Below, piece after piece: positions 17,497 to 26,581 of a stretch of DNA of 64,000 nucleotides. The stretch comes from Polyangiaceae bacterium. GTDB lineage: Bacteria; Myxococcota_A; Polyangia; Polyangiales; Polyangiaceae. The stretch's first letter is position 1, and each line of letters begins with the position of its first letter. Both the position numbers and the translations under genes were made by a program. Location: assembly GCA_033763455.1 (NCBI GenBank), contig JANRKO010000027.1, positions 1 through 64,000 of the forward strand. Direction: 5' to 3'. The notes under the pieces are model-generated. The model had not been told where the DNA came from. It did not search any database and saw nothing but the letters and a program-made list of their open reading frames with translations.

Positions 17497-19443
17497 ATGA
17501 GCCAGTCCATTCCCCCAGCGCCCGACTACTTGGTTGGAAAATATTTTGACTCGGAGGTGAGCTCTGGAGTGCGCTACCGAATCGACCGCGTCATCGGCGA
17601 AGGTGGGATGGCTGTCGCCTACCTTGGAACCCGGGAAACCCACGCGGGCACGACTCCGGTCGTTATCAAGGTGGTGCGCGCGCACATCGTGGCCGCCGCC
17701 GGTGCGCTCGCTTCTATGGTGGTGCAGAAAGAGGCCGTCGCACTAGGGCGTCTGAATGAGCGCGTTCCGCCCACACCGTTTGTCGTTCGTTTGGTCGATA
17801 CGGGTGCAGCCGCATTGCACGGGCCTTCGCGCCCCAAGTTGCCTTGGCTAGCGCTTGAGTACATTCATGGCGGCGTAGAAGGCACTACGCTGGTGGATCG
17901 CATCCAATACAGCGTCAAAAATACGGGGTACGCATTCGACCCGCGGCGTGTGGCGCACCTGGCGCGCTGCCTTGCCGCCGGGCTTTCGGCCATCCACGAC
18001 GTCGGCGTCATTCACCGCGACTTAACGCCTAGAAATGTACTGTGTTGCGGCTTCGGCTCAAACGAAATCTTTAAGATTTCAGATTTTGGCATCGCTCGCC
18101 CGCAAGGTCTCAACTCCACTTTCGGCACAGGCTCCACGCCCGGCACACCGGGCTACGCTCCGCCCGAGCAAATTTTCCCCGATGTGGGGCCCATTGGAAC
18201 CCATTCGGACGTCTTCACGTTGGCCTGCCTTTTGTATTTCGTGCTCACGGGCGAAAGCTTGTTCGACGACGCCTCACCCGTGGCGGCACTGCTCAGCATT
18301 CGGCGCACTGAACGCCGCAGCATTCTCGAAGGGCGCTGGCTCAACCCCGAATTGCGCGAAAATGTGGCCGCCTGCCAGGGGATTGATCGGGTCATCGCCC
18401 GTGCATCGGCCGAAGATCCACGGCAACGCCCCTCGCTCGCACAAGAGCTGGCAGCGCAGCTCGTACCTTGGCTCACCGAACGCGCAAGCCCGCCTGCACC
18501 CAGCACTCGCCTGAAAAACAGCGTTTTTCGCACCCTGCCGCCCGGCGAAGTGGGGCAATGGCACTGGACAGTTCGCCACCCGCCCGGGGACGACCGCGTG
18601 GTGCGGAGCGCCGCCTGGGACGCCGATGGCCACTGCTTGGTAACCACCACTCAAGGCCCAGCTTTTTGGACCGGGCAAACCTGGGTCGATCAACTCCCGA
18701 GCGATATGCAATTTCCGCGCGGCATCCGCTTCACGCATCGCCTGAGCCCTGGCACGTGGCTGGTGGGCGGCGAAGAAGGCACGCTGGCTGTTTGCGATAC
18801 GAAGGGCGTGCACGATAAGGTCACCTGCCCAGACAAATCAGCCGTCTTTTCTCATGGCACGGGGCTATTCGCCGATTTACTCACGGCAGTGTGTCAAAAG
18901 CCAGGCTCTCCGCCAACGCTGTGGGCCATGGCGGCGCGCCGTTGGTTGAAGCCGTTGCCTTTGCCTGGCGTGGCCTATGTGTCCACGTTGTTACCGCTGG
19001 ATGATGATCGCTGGGTCATTTGTGGGCGGTTAGCTGAAGGTGGTGGATTTGCCGCAATCTACAACCCCTTACATTGGGGCACGACGTTTTTGCTAACGCC
19101 CAAAACGCGCGCATTTGTGGCAGGCTGTTCCGAGCCGGCGCGCGCCGAGGCCCTAGTAGTCGGCAGCGATGGCGTCGCCCTTCGGGTTCAAGGGGAAGAA
19201 GCTCACAGCGCAGTCGCCGATGGCAGCCCTGATCTTACGGCCTCGGCGATGGACGTGCTCAACCGCCAGTGGGTCACCTCTATCGGGCGGATCTGGGTGC
19301 GCGATCCGGCGACACAGTATCAATGGAAGCCCGCATGGTCCGATGCCTCCTTAGGCGTGCCTTTCGTCAGCATCATGGCTGAGCCCGGAATTGTGGTGGC
19401 CATGACAGCCGACGGCGCCATCGTTGAAGGCCGGGCGGCCTAG
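17497..19443 (+). CDS. Hanks-type Ser/Thr kinase with C-terminal beta-rich (propeller-like) domain
   Basis: IGEGGMAVAY, VVIK, HRDLTPRN, KISDFG, GTPGYAPPE and SDVF. The C-terminus has Trp/Gly-rich short beta repeats (WLVGGEEGTL, LVVGSDGVAL). Confidence 0.88.
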   Translation: MSQSIPPAPDYLVGKYFDSEVSSGVRYRIDRVIGEGGMAVAYLGTRETHAGTTPVVIKVVRAHIVAAAGALASMVVQKEAVALGRLNERVPPTPFVVRLVDTGAAALHGPSRPKLPWLALEYIHGGVEGTTLVDRIQYSVKNTGYAFDPRRVAHLARCLAAGLSAIHDVGVIHRDLTPRNVLCCGFGSNEIFKISDFGIARPQGLNSTFGTGSTPGTPGYAPPEQIFPDVGPIGTHSDVFTLACLLYFVLTGESLFDDASPVAALLSIRRTERRSILEGRWLNPELRENVAACQGIDRVIARASAEDPRQRPSLAQELAAQLVPWLTERASPPAPSTRLKNSVFRTLPPGEVGQWHWTVRHPPGDDRVVRSAAWDADGHCLVTTTQGPAFWTGQTWVDQLPSDMQFPRGIRFTHRLSPGTWLVGGEEGTLAVCDTKGVHDKVTCPDKSAVFSHGTGLFADLLTAVCQKPGSPPTLWAMAARRWLKPLPLPGVAYVSTLLPLDDDRWVICGRLAEGGGFAAIYNPLHWGTTFLLTPKTRAFVAGCSEPARAEALVVGSDGVALRVQGEEAHSAVADGSPDLTASAMDVLNRQWVTSIGRIWVRDPATQYQWKPAWSDASLGVPFVSIMAEPGIVVAMTADGAIVEGRAA

Positions 19444-19503
19444 GGGTAGAACCCGCTCTCCTCACGCCGCCCGCTCCTTTTGGGCTTGGCGCGGCACAAC
19501 CCC

Positions 19504-20712
19504 ATGCCCCCCAATAATCCCCCAATTCGCATCGCGCTGCACGTGGCAGGCAACGATCGCACTGGCGTCACCGCCACTATCGCTCGGGTCATCGCCGAAG
19601 AGAACGCACATCTTCTGAGCCTCGGCCAAAGTGTGCTGCACGATTACCTCATGATGAGCGCGATCATTGAGGTAGCCCCCGAGTCAGATGTGGTCGCGAA
19701 GTTGCGCACGGCCGTCGGAAAGCTGGGATTGCGCCTCGAAAGCAACACCCTGCCCTCGGCGGAGCCTGCAGCAGGCGCCGTGGAGAGCCTGTGTGTCACG
19801 TTGCTCGGTTCGCTCTCGGACGCTGCGTCGGTCGCGAGCGTGTCGGAATTTCTAGCTGCACGAGGCGTGAACATCCGTGAGATGCGCGCGCTCAGTGAAG
19901 GAGAACTGCGCGTCTTGGAAATGATCGTCGATCTGCCATTAAAGAGTGCCACCGTCACAGAATCCCTGGCTGAGCTCCGCTCAGATCTTTTGCGCTTGGG
20001 CATGACACTTTCGGCGGACCTCGCCGTCCAGAAAGATGACGTCTTTCGCCGCAACAAGCGCCTTGTTTGCATGGATGTAGACTCCACTTTCGTGAAGGGC
20101 GAGTGCATCGATGAGCTTGCAGAGTTGGTAGGCAAAAAGGCTGAAGTGGAAGCCATCACTGCGCGAGCCATGCGGGGTGAGCTCGATTTTCGCGCGGCCT
20201 TGGCCGAACGCGTACTACTATTGAAGGGGTTACCGCTCGAACGAGCGCGAGCGCTGAGCGACAAAATTGAGCTCACGCCGGGCGCAGCTAACTTCGTGGA
20301 AAAGCTGAAGAGCCTCGGGTTCCGCGTGGGCCTGGTGAGTGGCGGCTTCACATTCTTTGTCGACGAATTAAAGCAGCGCTTTGGGTTAGACTTCGCGTTT
20401 TCGAACCAGCTTGAAGTGGTCGATGGCAAGCTCACGGGTCAAGTAACAGGCCCGATCATCGACGCTCAACGCAAGGCCGAGATATTGAAGGAAATGGCGG
20501 AACTCCACCAGCTACGCCTTGAGCAAACGGTGGCCGTGGGCGACGGTGCCAACGACATGCTCATGCTGCAAACCGCCGGCCTCGGCATAGCCTTTCACGC
20601 CAAGCCCAAGCTCCAAACCGTGGCCGATATGAGCCTCAATCACCACGAACGCCTCGATACTCTCTTGTATTTGATGGGCTACAATTCACGCGAATTGCGC
20701 AGCCTTGCGTAG
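19504..20712 (+). CDS. serB: Phosphoserine phosphatase SerB with two N-terminal ACT domains
   Basis: GNDRTGV ACT motif, MDVDST, ECIDELA, AMRGELDF, VSGGF and VGDGANDMLM. Start set at ATG 19504. Confidence 0.93.
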   Translation: MPPNNPPIRIALHVAGNDRTGVTATIARVIAEENAHLLSLGQSVLHDYLMMSAIIEVAPESDVVAKLRTAVGKLGLRLESNTLPSAEPAAGAVESLCVTLLGSLSDAASVASVSEFLAARGVNIREMRALSEGELRVLEMIVDLPLKSATVTESLAELRSDLLRLGMTLSADLAVQKDDVFRRNKRLVCMDVDSTFVKGECIDELAELVGKKAEVEAITARAMRGELDFRAALAERVLLLKGLPLERARALSDKIELTPGAANFVEKLKSLGFRVGLVSGGFTFFVDELKQRFGLDFAFSNQLEVVDGKLTGQVTGPIIDAQRKAEILKEMAELHQLRLEQTVAVGDGANDMLMLQTAGLGIAFHAKPKLQTVADMSLNHHERLDTLLYLMGYNSRELRSLA

Positions 20713-20797
20713 CGTTTTGGTGCGGCACCGCCCTGAAGCTCAAAGGATGAGAGATTGACGCAAACCGCGCCTATTTGTAGGCGGAATCGCGATCTGG

Positions 20798-21280
20798 ATG
20801 CAGCGAAATGAAACGCATGAAATAGCCCTTACGGAAGGCAAGGGCACGCACCTATTGGCCCAAACGCACGCTATGGACCTTCGTCTGACCGTCGGGGGTC
20901 GTCAGATGTTGGATGACCACCCGGTGGAGTCCCTTCGATGCCTACACATTGGACCACTCCAACTTTCGGATCCGATCTATGCTGCTCACCACCTGCTGAA
21001 GATCAATGGTGCCAGGCTTCTTGCAATTCCGACGAAAGAGATCTTGGGTCCATGGAGTGGTCGCCGACATTGCTCAAAACTGCCAGAAGGCCGCGCCGGA
21101 GCCACTGACGAAGAACTCGCGCTTCTGGACACGCATCGGAACCCAGCGTATTGGCTCGTTTTGAGCCCACAACCTGGCAATGATTCCATTGATAGGCCTC
21201 GGCGCGCACCATCATACGCGCACTGGGCTCGGGTGCCCCGATTGCGGGTGCTAGTAACTCAGCGGCTATTTCGGCGCTAA
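20798..21280 (+). CDS. Hypothetical protein, possibly a degenerate gene
   Basis: 160-codon ATG ORF in a region with atypical composition; no recognisable motif. Confidence 0.3.
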   Translation: MQRNETHEIALTEGKGTHLLAQTHAMDLRLTVGGRQMLDDHPVESLRCLHIGPLQLSDPIYAAHHLLKINGARLLAIPTKEILGPWSGRRHCSKLPEGRAGATDEELALLDTHRNPAYWLVLSPQPGNDSIDRPRRAPSYAHWARVPRLRVLVTQRLFRR

Positions 21281-21419
21281 TACCTCCGAGCGGAGCATCT
21301 TCTTCCCGCTCGAGCGAGAACCGGGCACCACTCGAATGCGTTAGTACAGGTGCACCACAGAAGGAGGGTGTTCGCATCCTAGGGCGTTGGCAAAAGCATT
21401 AATCGGCACTTTCGCAGCC

Positions 21420-21571
21420 GTGAAACTGCGACTTTGGATCGAACGCCTGCAGGAACTCTAGGATCTGGTTGGGACACCGACCATGACCATGTCGTTCGAC
21501 ACCTGGAGGGGAAGACGATTCAAAAATTCATATTCGTTCCCAAGCGTGCCGTGAACTTTGTCGTCTCCTGA
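21420..21571 (+). pseudogene. Remnant resembling the C-terminal domain of leucyl-tRNA synthetase
   Basis: 21488-21571 reads HVVRHLEGKTIQKFIFVPKRAVNFVVS*, matching the LeuRS C-terminal pattern V..HLEGK.I.K.I.VP...VN.VV. Upstream KLRLWIE and TPAGT join only through a one-base frameshift, and there is an in-frame stop at 21380. Confidence 0.6.
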
Positions 21572-21802
21572 CTTTATGACTTTAACGACTCCAGGGGCTT
21601 TCAGGTTTTAGTGCGGCAGCCCTCCGTTGCAGAAAGCTTCCGCCCCCCGCCCCGCCCGCGGCTCCCGTTTCGGGAGACGCTTGGCGAGGGGCAGGCTGCC
21701 GCGATAAAGCGGGCACCTGGGGAGGGCATCAGGGCATCAAACCAATTCGGTGACGCCCCCATGCTACAACGACGGTCCCCTGTGCGCACTGACGACCGCG
21801 AT

Positions 21803-21818
21803 ACTTGTCATGACAAGT
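21803..21818. repeat. Dispersed palindrome copy 4, perfect ACTTGTCATGACAAGT
   Basis: Perfect 16-bp palindrome, intergenic, about 60 bp downstream of the O-methyltransferase stop. Confidence 0.8.
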
Positions 21819-21877
21819 TTTGGGCGCTCCTCCGAAACCCTAGCCCGCTGCGCCCACTCCCGCCCGTTTGCGAGCCC

Positions 21878-22543
21878 TCACCCACGCTTGCGCGCTAGCA
21901 AGAGACCGTCCCCGATCGTGAGCATGCTCATCGTCACGCGTTCATCAGCGCACACTCGATTGTTTAACACACGAATGGCGCTCGTATCCGGAGTGGTATC
22001 GCCAGCATCAGCAACCTTGCCGCCCCAGAGCGCGTTATCGATGGCTATCACTCCGCCGGGGCGCAACAACTGCAGGCATTTTTCGTAATACACACCGTAG
22101 TTGCTCTTATCCGCGTCAATGAAGGCAAAATCAAATGTGTCAGCCGCACCATCACGGAGGAGCTGCTCCAAGGTTTCCGTGGCGGGTGCGAGCCTCAGAT
22201 CGATCTTGTGCTCCACCCCAGCTTGCCTCCAATAGCGGCGCGCCACATTCGTCCATGCTTCGTTCACATCACACGCAACGATGCTGCCATCTGAAGGCAG
22301 TGCTAGAGCCACACTGAGCGAGCTGTAGCCAGTAAAGACGCCTATTTCCAAGCAGCGTTTGGCGCCCAAAGCTTCGACGAAAAAGCGCATGAATTGGCCC
22401 TGCTCCGGCGAAATTTGCATACCGGCCATCGGGAGTGCTTGGGTTTCCTGGCGTAGGCGCAAAAGGAGCTCAGGCTCGCGCAGCGTGTGCTCCAAAAGGT
22501 ACCGGTGGAGGCCATCCGTGATCGACAACGTGCGTGCTGACAT
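21878..22543 (-). CDS. Class I SAM-dependent O-methyltransferase (caffeoyl-CoA OMT family)
   Basis: MQISPEQGQ, LEIGVFTGYS, FDFAFIDADK and IDNALWGG motifs. Confidence 0.92.
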   Translation of the reverse strand: MSARTLSITDGLHRYLLEHTLREPELLLRLRQETQALPMAGMQISPEQGQFMRFFVEALGAKRCLEIGVFTGYSSLSVALALPSDGSIVACDVNEAWTNVARRYWRQAGVEHKIDLRLAPATETLEQLLRDGAADTFDFAFIDADKSNYGVYYEKCLQLLRPGGVIAIDNALWGGKVADAGDTTPDTSAIRVLNNRVCADERVTMSMLTIGDGLLLARKRG

Positions 22544-22586
22544 CAGACGCCTCCCACTTTAGCCATGGACAACGCACGTACTGACA

Positions 22587-23486
22587 TCACGCTGCTCCCA
22601 CCCTGGCGATCACCACGGTGACGTTGTCCGAGCCGCCCGCGGCGTTTGTTTGAGCCACAAGGCCACGACACAATTCATCGGGCGCCTGAGCTGTGGCCAG
22701 GGCCGCCGCGATCTGGGCCTCATTCACGTGTTTGGAGAGCCCATCTGAGCACAAGAGCAGCGTATCCCCCGGGAGAAGATCGTAACGAGCCGCCTGCGGG
22801 CTTGGCAGATCTTCACTACCACCTAGCGAATTCCAGAGCATGTCATGCAGATGAGAAGAGGCATCGAGCCCTGGGTAGCCCTGATCAATAATCTGCTGCG
22901 CTAAAGTGTGGTCTTTGGTGAGCCGAGAGAGCTTGCCACCTCGATACAAGTAACAGCGACTATCTCCCACATGCACAACATAGAGCCGCGGCCAGATCGC
23001 GTACGCCAACGTGAGCGTGGTGCCCATTTTGAGCGAGGATTTTGTGCCTGCGGAAGCTTGGCGAATATTCGCGTCACCGGTAAGCACGGCGTTGGATAGC
23101 TGCGCGCGGATCCCGGTGAGTGTCTCGTGAGCATTGCGAAAGCTTGGCTCCGTGGAGACCTGCTGGGTGACCCAGGGCATCACGTTGAGCGCGTAGTCTG
23201 CGATCGTACGCACAGCCATTTGGCTCGCAACGTCGCCCTTATCGTGCCCGCCCATACCATCGGCAACCACTAGCAGCGTGCCGAGCGAGTTACTCGCAAA
23301 CCAACGATTGGCGGCATCAGAGAGGCTGCTATCGTGCACAGCCATTGAGCGCTGCAAGGTGGCGATCAAGTAAGCGTCTTCATTGTGCTCACGCACGCGC
23401 CCTACATCTGAGCACCCCGCCGCAACAATGGTGGGAACACTGACGGTACCGGTAGCACCCGGACTTCCAACCTGGGATTCTGACAA
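22587..23486 (-). CDS. PP2C/PPM Ser/Thr protein phosphatase
   Basis: SDVGRVREHNED, VADGMGG, MGTT, HVGDSR, LCSDGL and GGSDNVT. TTG start at 23486 follows an AAGGAGG RBS. Confidence 0.92.
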   Translation of the reverse strand: MSESQVGSPGATGTVSVPTIVAAGCSDVGRVREHNEDAYLIATLQRSMAVHDSSLSDAANRWFASNSLGTLLVVADGMGGHDKGDVASQMAVRTIADYALNVMPWVTQQVSTEPSFRNAHETLTGIRAQLSNAVLTGDANIRQASAGTKSSLKMGTTLTLAYAIWPRLYVVHVGDSRCYLYRGGKLSRLTKDHTLAQQIIDQGYPGLDASSHLHDMLWNSLGGSEDLPSPQAARYDLLPGDTLLLCSDGLSKHVNEAQIAAALATAQAPDELCRGLVAQTNAAGGSDNVTVVIARVGAA

Positions 23487-23493
23487 GACGAAG

Positions 23494-23500
23494 CCTCCTT
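23494..23500 (-). promoter_or_regulatory. Shine-Dalgarno site for the PP2C gene
   Basis: AAGGAGG on the minus strand, 7 nt before the in-frame TTG at 23486. Confidence 0.7.
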
Positions 23501-23608
23501 GGTAACGCCGGTCAGGGTAGCTCCTGGAGCTCAGAGCGCCAACGAGGGCGGCGCCCGGAGTTAGGCTGGAAGGTCGGTCGAGCCTAACTCCGCAGCATTC
23601 GCTGCTGC

Positions 23609-23878
23609 TCAACCGCCCGCTTTAAACTCGGGCGGCAGCTCCGAACCTTCCCCCCAAAAGTACTTTTCAACCTCGGTCATCCAAACCTTTTGGCCCTTTT
23701 CGCTCGTAAGATCCAAGCGGTACTCGTTGATGAGCATCTTGGAGTGCTCAAGCCAAGCGCTCCAAGCCTCCTTGGACACGTTCTCGAAAAGCCGCTGCCC
23801 CATCGCCCCTTTGAACGGAGGTTTCTCCAGGCCTTCTGCGTCCCGACCGAGCTTGATGCAATGAACCGTGCGCGCCAT
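23609..23878 (-). CDS. yggX: Oxidative damage protection / Fe(II)-trafficking protein
   Basis: MARTVHCIKLGRDAEGL..PP...G.R....VSKEAW..W...MLINEYRL; 89 aa, with the conserved Cys7. Confidence 0.93.
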   Translation of the reverse strand: MARTVHCIKLGRDAEGLEKPPFKGAMGQRLFENVSKEAWSAWLEHSKMLINEYRLDLTSEKGQKVWMTEVEKYFWGEGSELPPEFKAGG

Positions 23879-24066
23879 GCCTACTTATGTGGCTGGTCCT
23901 AATAGGAACGTCAACCGGGAAGGGGACTGGTCGGGAAACGGGCGGATTGCGGCAGAGCTAGACGCCGGATGCGCTTGAAGGCAAAGCGGAGGGCATGAAA
24001 GCCGGTTTGTGGCGATCGCGAACGGGCGCCGCGTCTCACCGCCCTCTCATGGGCGGATCGATGGCC

Positions 24067-26559
24067 CTAAGTCTGAATTACGACGGGGATTCCAACCTGT
24101 TGGGCTATGGGCGTGTAGATGTCGACATCGAGTGCAGGCGTCTCGATCGAAACTAGCAGACAGTAGCGCGCGCCGAGCTCGCTGCGGTCGCGGCTCGGTT
24201 GATCCTTCCACCACCCGGAAACGGGGTAAACGCCAATCGACCCTCTGCCCGCCAGATCTACGGCCGTGCCTGACCAAATATCAGAGTGCAGCGAACCGTG
24301 GTGCCGCAGTGTGGGCCCGAGAAGCCACTGGTCGCTATCGCCTGTACTTGGTGGCTTCTTTTCGCCTTCGGACAGCTGCAGCTTGTTTACACGTTTGCGA
24401 AACTCCACCCCGGACTCGGTGGGACGCATCACTTCGAAACGCAACCCATGCGAAGCATACTGGTGGCGATTGCGCCATCCGCGCCGCGCGGGATTCGGTT
24501 CGATGAAATAGGAAAGGGTGACGCGCATTTGCACCGGTGCATCGCCCAGAGCAAGCAGTTCGTCCGTCGGCCACGGCAAATCATGCACTTTCATCTCGCG
24601 GAGGTTCGTCTTCTCAAACGGCCGCACGCTGTCCTGCACGACGAGCGTAAGGGCATTTTTGGCGCTCCGCCGAGCTCGCTCAAGATTGGGGACCCCGAAG
24701 CCAAAGCGACGAAGCAGCAAGCTCTCCAGGGGACCGCGCGCGGCCTTTAGGGGCAGGTGCTCGCGCATTCGCGGTGTCCATTCCGCCGAATGGACGATCA
24801 ACGCCCTGATACTCTCAGGCCACATCGACGGGTAGTCTGCCGCGAGAATTCCGGCGAAGCGTGCAACCTGCGCCGTCGACGCGCTGGTGGCCCAGCTCGG
24901 CACGACCAGTTTTTCCTGGGGTTTGAAGTGTGTTGTCAACACCGAGAGCGCGTCGTGCTGCAGCGCTTCCTTGCCGTCGTGAACCTTGTTGCCGCCTTCG
25001 AAGACCACGTCGGGCTTGACGGGCCACTGCTTGGCGAAAGTGACCGACGTCGTGGAGTACGGCGATAGATCACCAGCGAGAGCAACAGGTTTCCAGCCGC
25101 GAAGCGTCTGATCCTGAGGGTTGAGCGTATCCAAGTTGGTGCACGCCCCCACTGTGAGCGCATTCCACGACTGCGCTGGGTCGTGCACAGCTTCTAGGTC
25201 GCTGCGCTCCAGATGGTTGATCGCGATGTCATCGACGTTGCCCGCCGAGATTACAAAGAGTCGGTGGGGACCGTCGGTGGACTCGCTAAGGTAGCTGAGG
25301 CCTTTGCTAGTAGGGTCGAAAGACCTCCCTGCTGCGAGCGCGTCGATCGCGGCGGACCACGACGATGGCTGACCCCTATCGCGCTCGTCTGTGGCCGTAA
25401 TCGAGAGCGAAAAGGCGCGTCTTCTGTCCGCGCCTTGAATCTCCACCCGCGCAGCTGCCTCCGCCATGATTGCCCCATACAGCTCCGGAGCATTGGCGCC
25501 TTTCGGCGGCAAGATCTTGACGGATTCAAGCCCATGACGGAGCGGGAGGCGCGAAGCACTGCGGAGAGGCGCGGTGAGATCACCAAGAAGTGCAAGGCCA
25601 GCCATCTCCGTTCCGTGACCGTCGTGGTCGTGTACGCCCCACGATGCTTTCCACGCGTGCATATCGGTTTCCACAAGCGAACCTTCTAGCAGCGGATGCC
25701 CACGGTTGATTCCGGTGTCCAAAATGCACACGGTCGGCGCACCGGTATCGGCATGATCGAGTCGTTGAGCGAGGTCTATCGCCCATTCCGCGATCTCACC
25801 GCGCGTCATTTTCAGGAAGTCGTCAGCGGTCTCCTTTGCACGCCGGACTTCCGCCACGTCATTGAGCACATCGACAGAACCGCTCAGCTGAAGCGGCGTG
25901 GCCTTCACGAGGAGGACGATTCGATCAGGAAACGTCAGCCTCCCTTCGCCCACGGAAAGCCTGAGCTTCTCGCAGAAATTCGACAGGCGCTGGACTTCAC
26001 TGCCGTCGCTTGCTCTGAGCCAGACTTCCCACCACAGACTTTCATGCTCTTCCGGGTACTCCTCAGCGCTATCGGTCCACAACGCTCGCAGTGTTGCCAA
26101 CTGCAACCGCGCAATGCTCTCAACGAGGTCCTTATGGCTGGGTTCGCCTTTCTTGGTTCGTTGCGATGCATACTCCTCAAATCGCTTGATAAAGTGGCCG
26201 ATTTTCCCATCGGGAACGAAGACCGTGGCGTGCTCAGTGTCGCCGCTGTGAGTGACTGAAACGAGCTCGATTCCCGCGCCACGCGCGTCGAGGCTGTCAA
26301 GCTTAAGGCGGAAGTTAGGTTGGCTATCGAACCTCACGTACAGGCCGGGGGTTGCACCAGCCACCTGGATACCGAGCGCGTCTCGGCGCGTTTGGCTAGT
26401 AGCCTCTGCCTCCAAAAGTGCTTGCTTGAGCGCGGCGGCGTGTCCTCCCGGATCGGCCGGTGATGGCGGCGCTTTAGGGGTAATCGTTCTGGGATGGGGA
26501 CTGTAAGCGTCAGCGTTTGGCCTGTCGCGAACTAAGATATGCGCTCGATCTCTCGCCAT
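24067..26559 (-). CDS. ietS: S8 (subtilisin-like) serine peptidase, IetS/Y4bN-like
   Basis: Triad ILDTGINRGHP (D), HDGHGTEMAG (H) and WATSAS (S); oxyanion ISAGN; VKPDVVFEGGN; VTLSYFIEPNP; no signal peptide; 22 bp downstream of the AAA ATPase. Confidence 0.85.
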   Translation of the reverse strand: MARDRAHILVRDRPNADAYSPHPRTITPKAPPSPADPGGHAAALKQALLEAEATSQTRRDALGIQVAGATPGLYVRFDSQPNFRLKLDSLDARGAGIELVSVTHSGDTEHATVFVPDGKIGHFIKRFEEYASQRTKKGEPSHKDLVESIARLQLATLRALWTDSAEEYPEEHESLWWEVWLRASDGSEVQRLSNFCEKLRLSVGEGRLTFPDRIVLLVKATPLQLSGSVDVLNDVAEVRRAKETADDFLKMTRGEIAEWAIDLAQRLDHADTGAPTVCILDTGINRGHPLLEGSLVETDMHAWKASWGVHDHDGHGTEMAGLALLGDLTAPLRSASRLPLRHGLESVKILPPKGANAPELYGAIMAEAAARVEIQGADRRRAFSLSITATDERDRGQPSSWSAAIDALAAGRSFDPTSKGLSYLSESTDGPHRLFVISAGNVDDIAINHLERSDLEAVHDPAQSWNALTVGACTNLDTLNPQDQTLRGWKPVALAGDLSPYSTTSVTFAKQWPVKPDVVFEGGNKVHDGKEALQHDALSVLTTHFKPQEKLVVPSWATSASTAQVARFAGILAADYPSMWPESIRALIVHSAEWTPRMREHLPLKAARGPLESLLLRRFGFGVPNLERARRSAKNALTLVVQDSVRPFEKTNLREMKVHDLPWPTDELLALGDAPVQMRVTLSYFIEPNPARRGWRNRHQYASHGLRFEVMRPTESGVEFRKRVNKLQLSEGEKKPPSTGDSDQWLLGPTLRHHGSLHSDIWSGTAVDLAGRGSIGVYPVSGWWKDQPSRDRSELGARYCLLVSIETPALDVDIYTPIAQQVGIPVVIQT

Positions 26560-26581
26560 TCGTCATCCCCTCTTCTCTTGC

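Noticed and set aside
18010..18040. Pseudokinase call from HRDLTPRN
   Set aside because: The catalytic Asp and Asn, the beta-3 Lys and DFG are intact; substitutions at this Lys are common in myxobacterial kinases.
24880..24900. S8 protease inactive because GTS is replaced by ATS
   Set aside because: The Ser, Asp, His and oxyanion Asn are all retained, and ATS variants occur in this subfamily as far as I recall.
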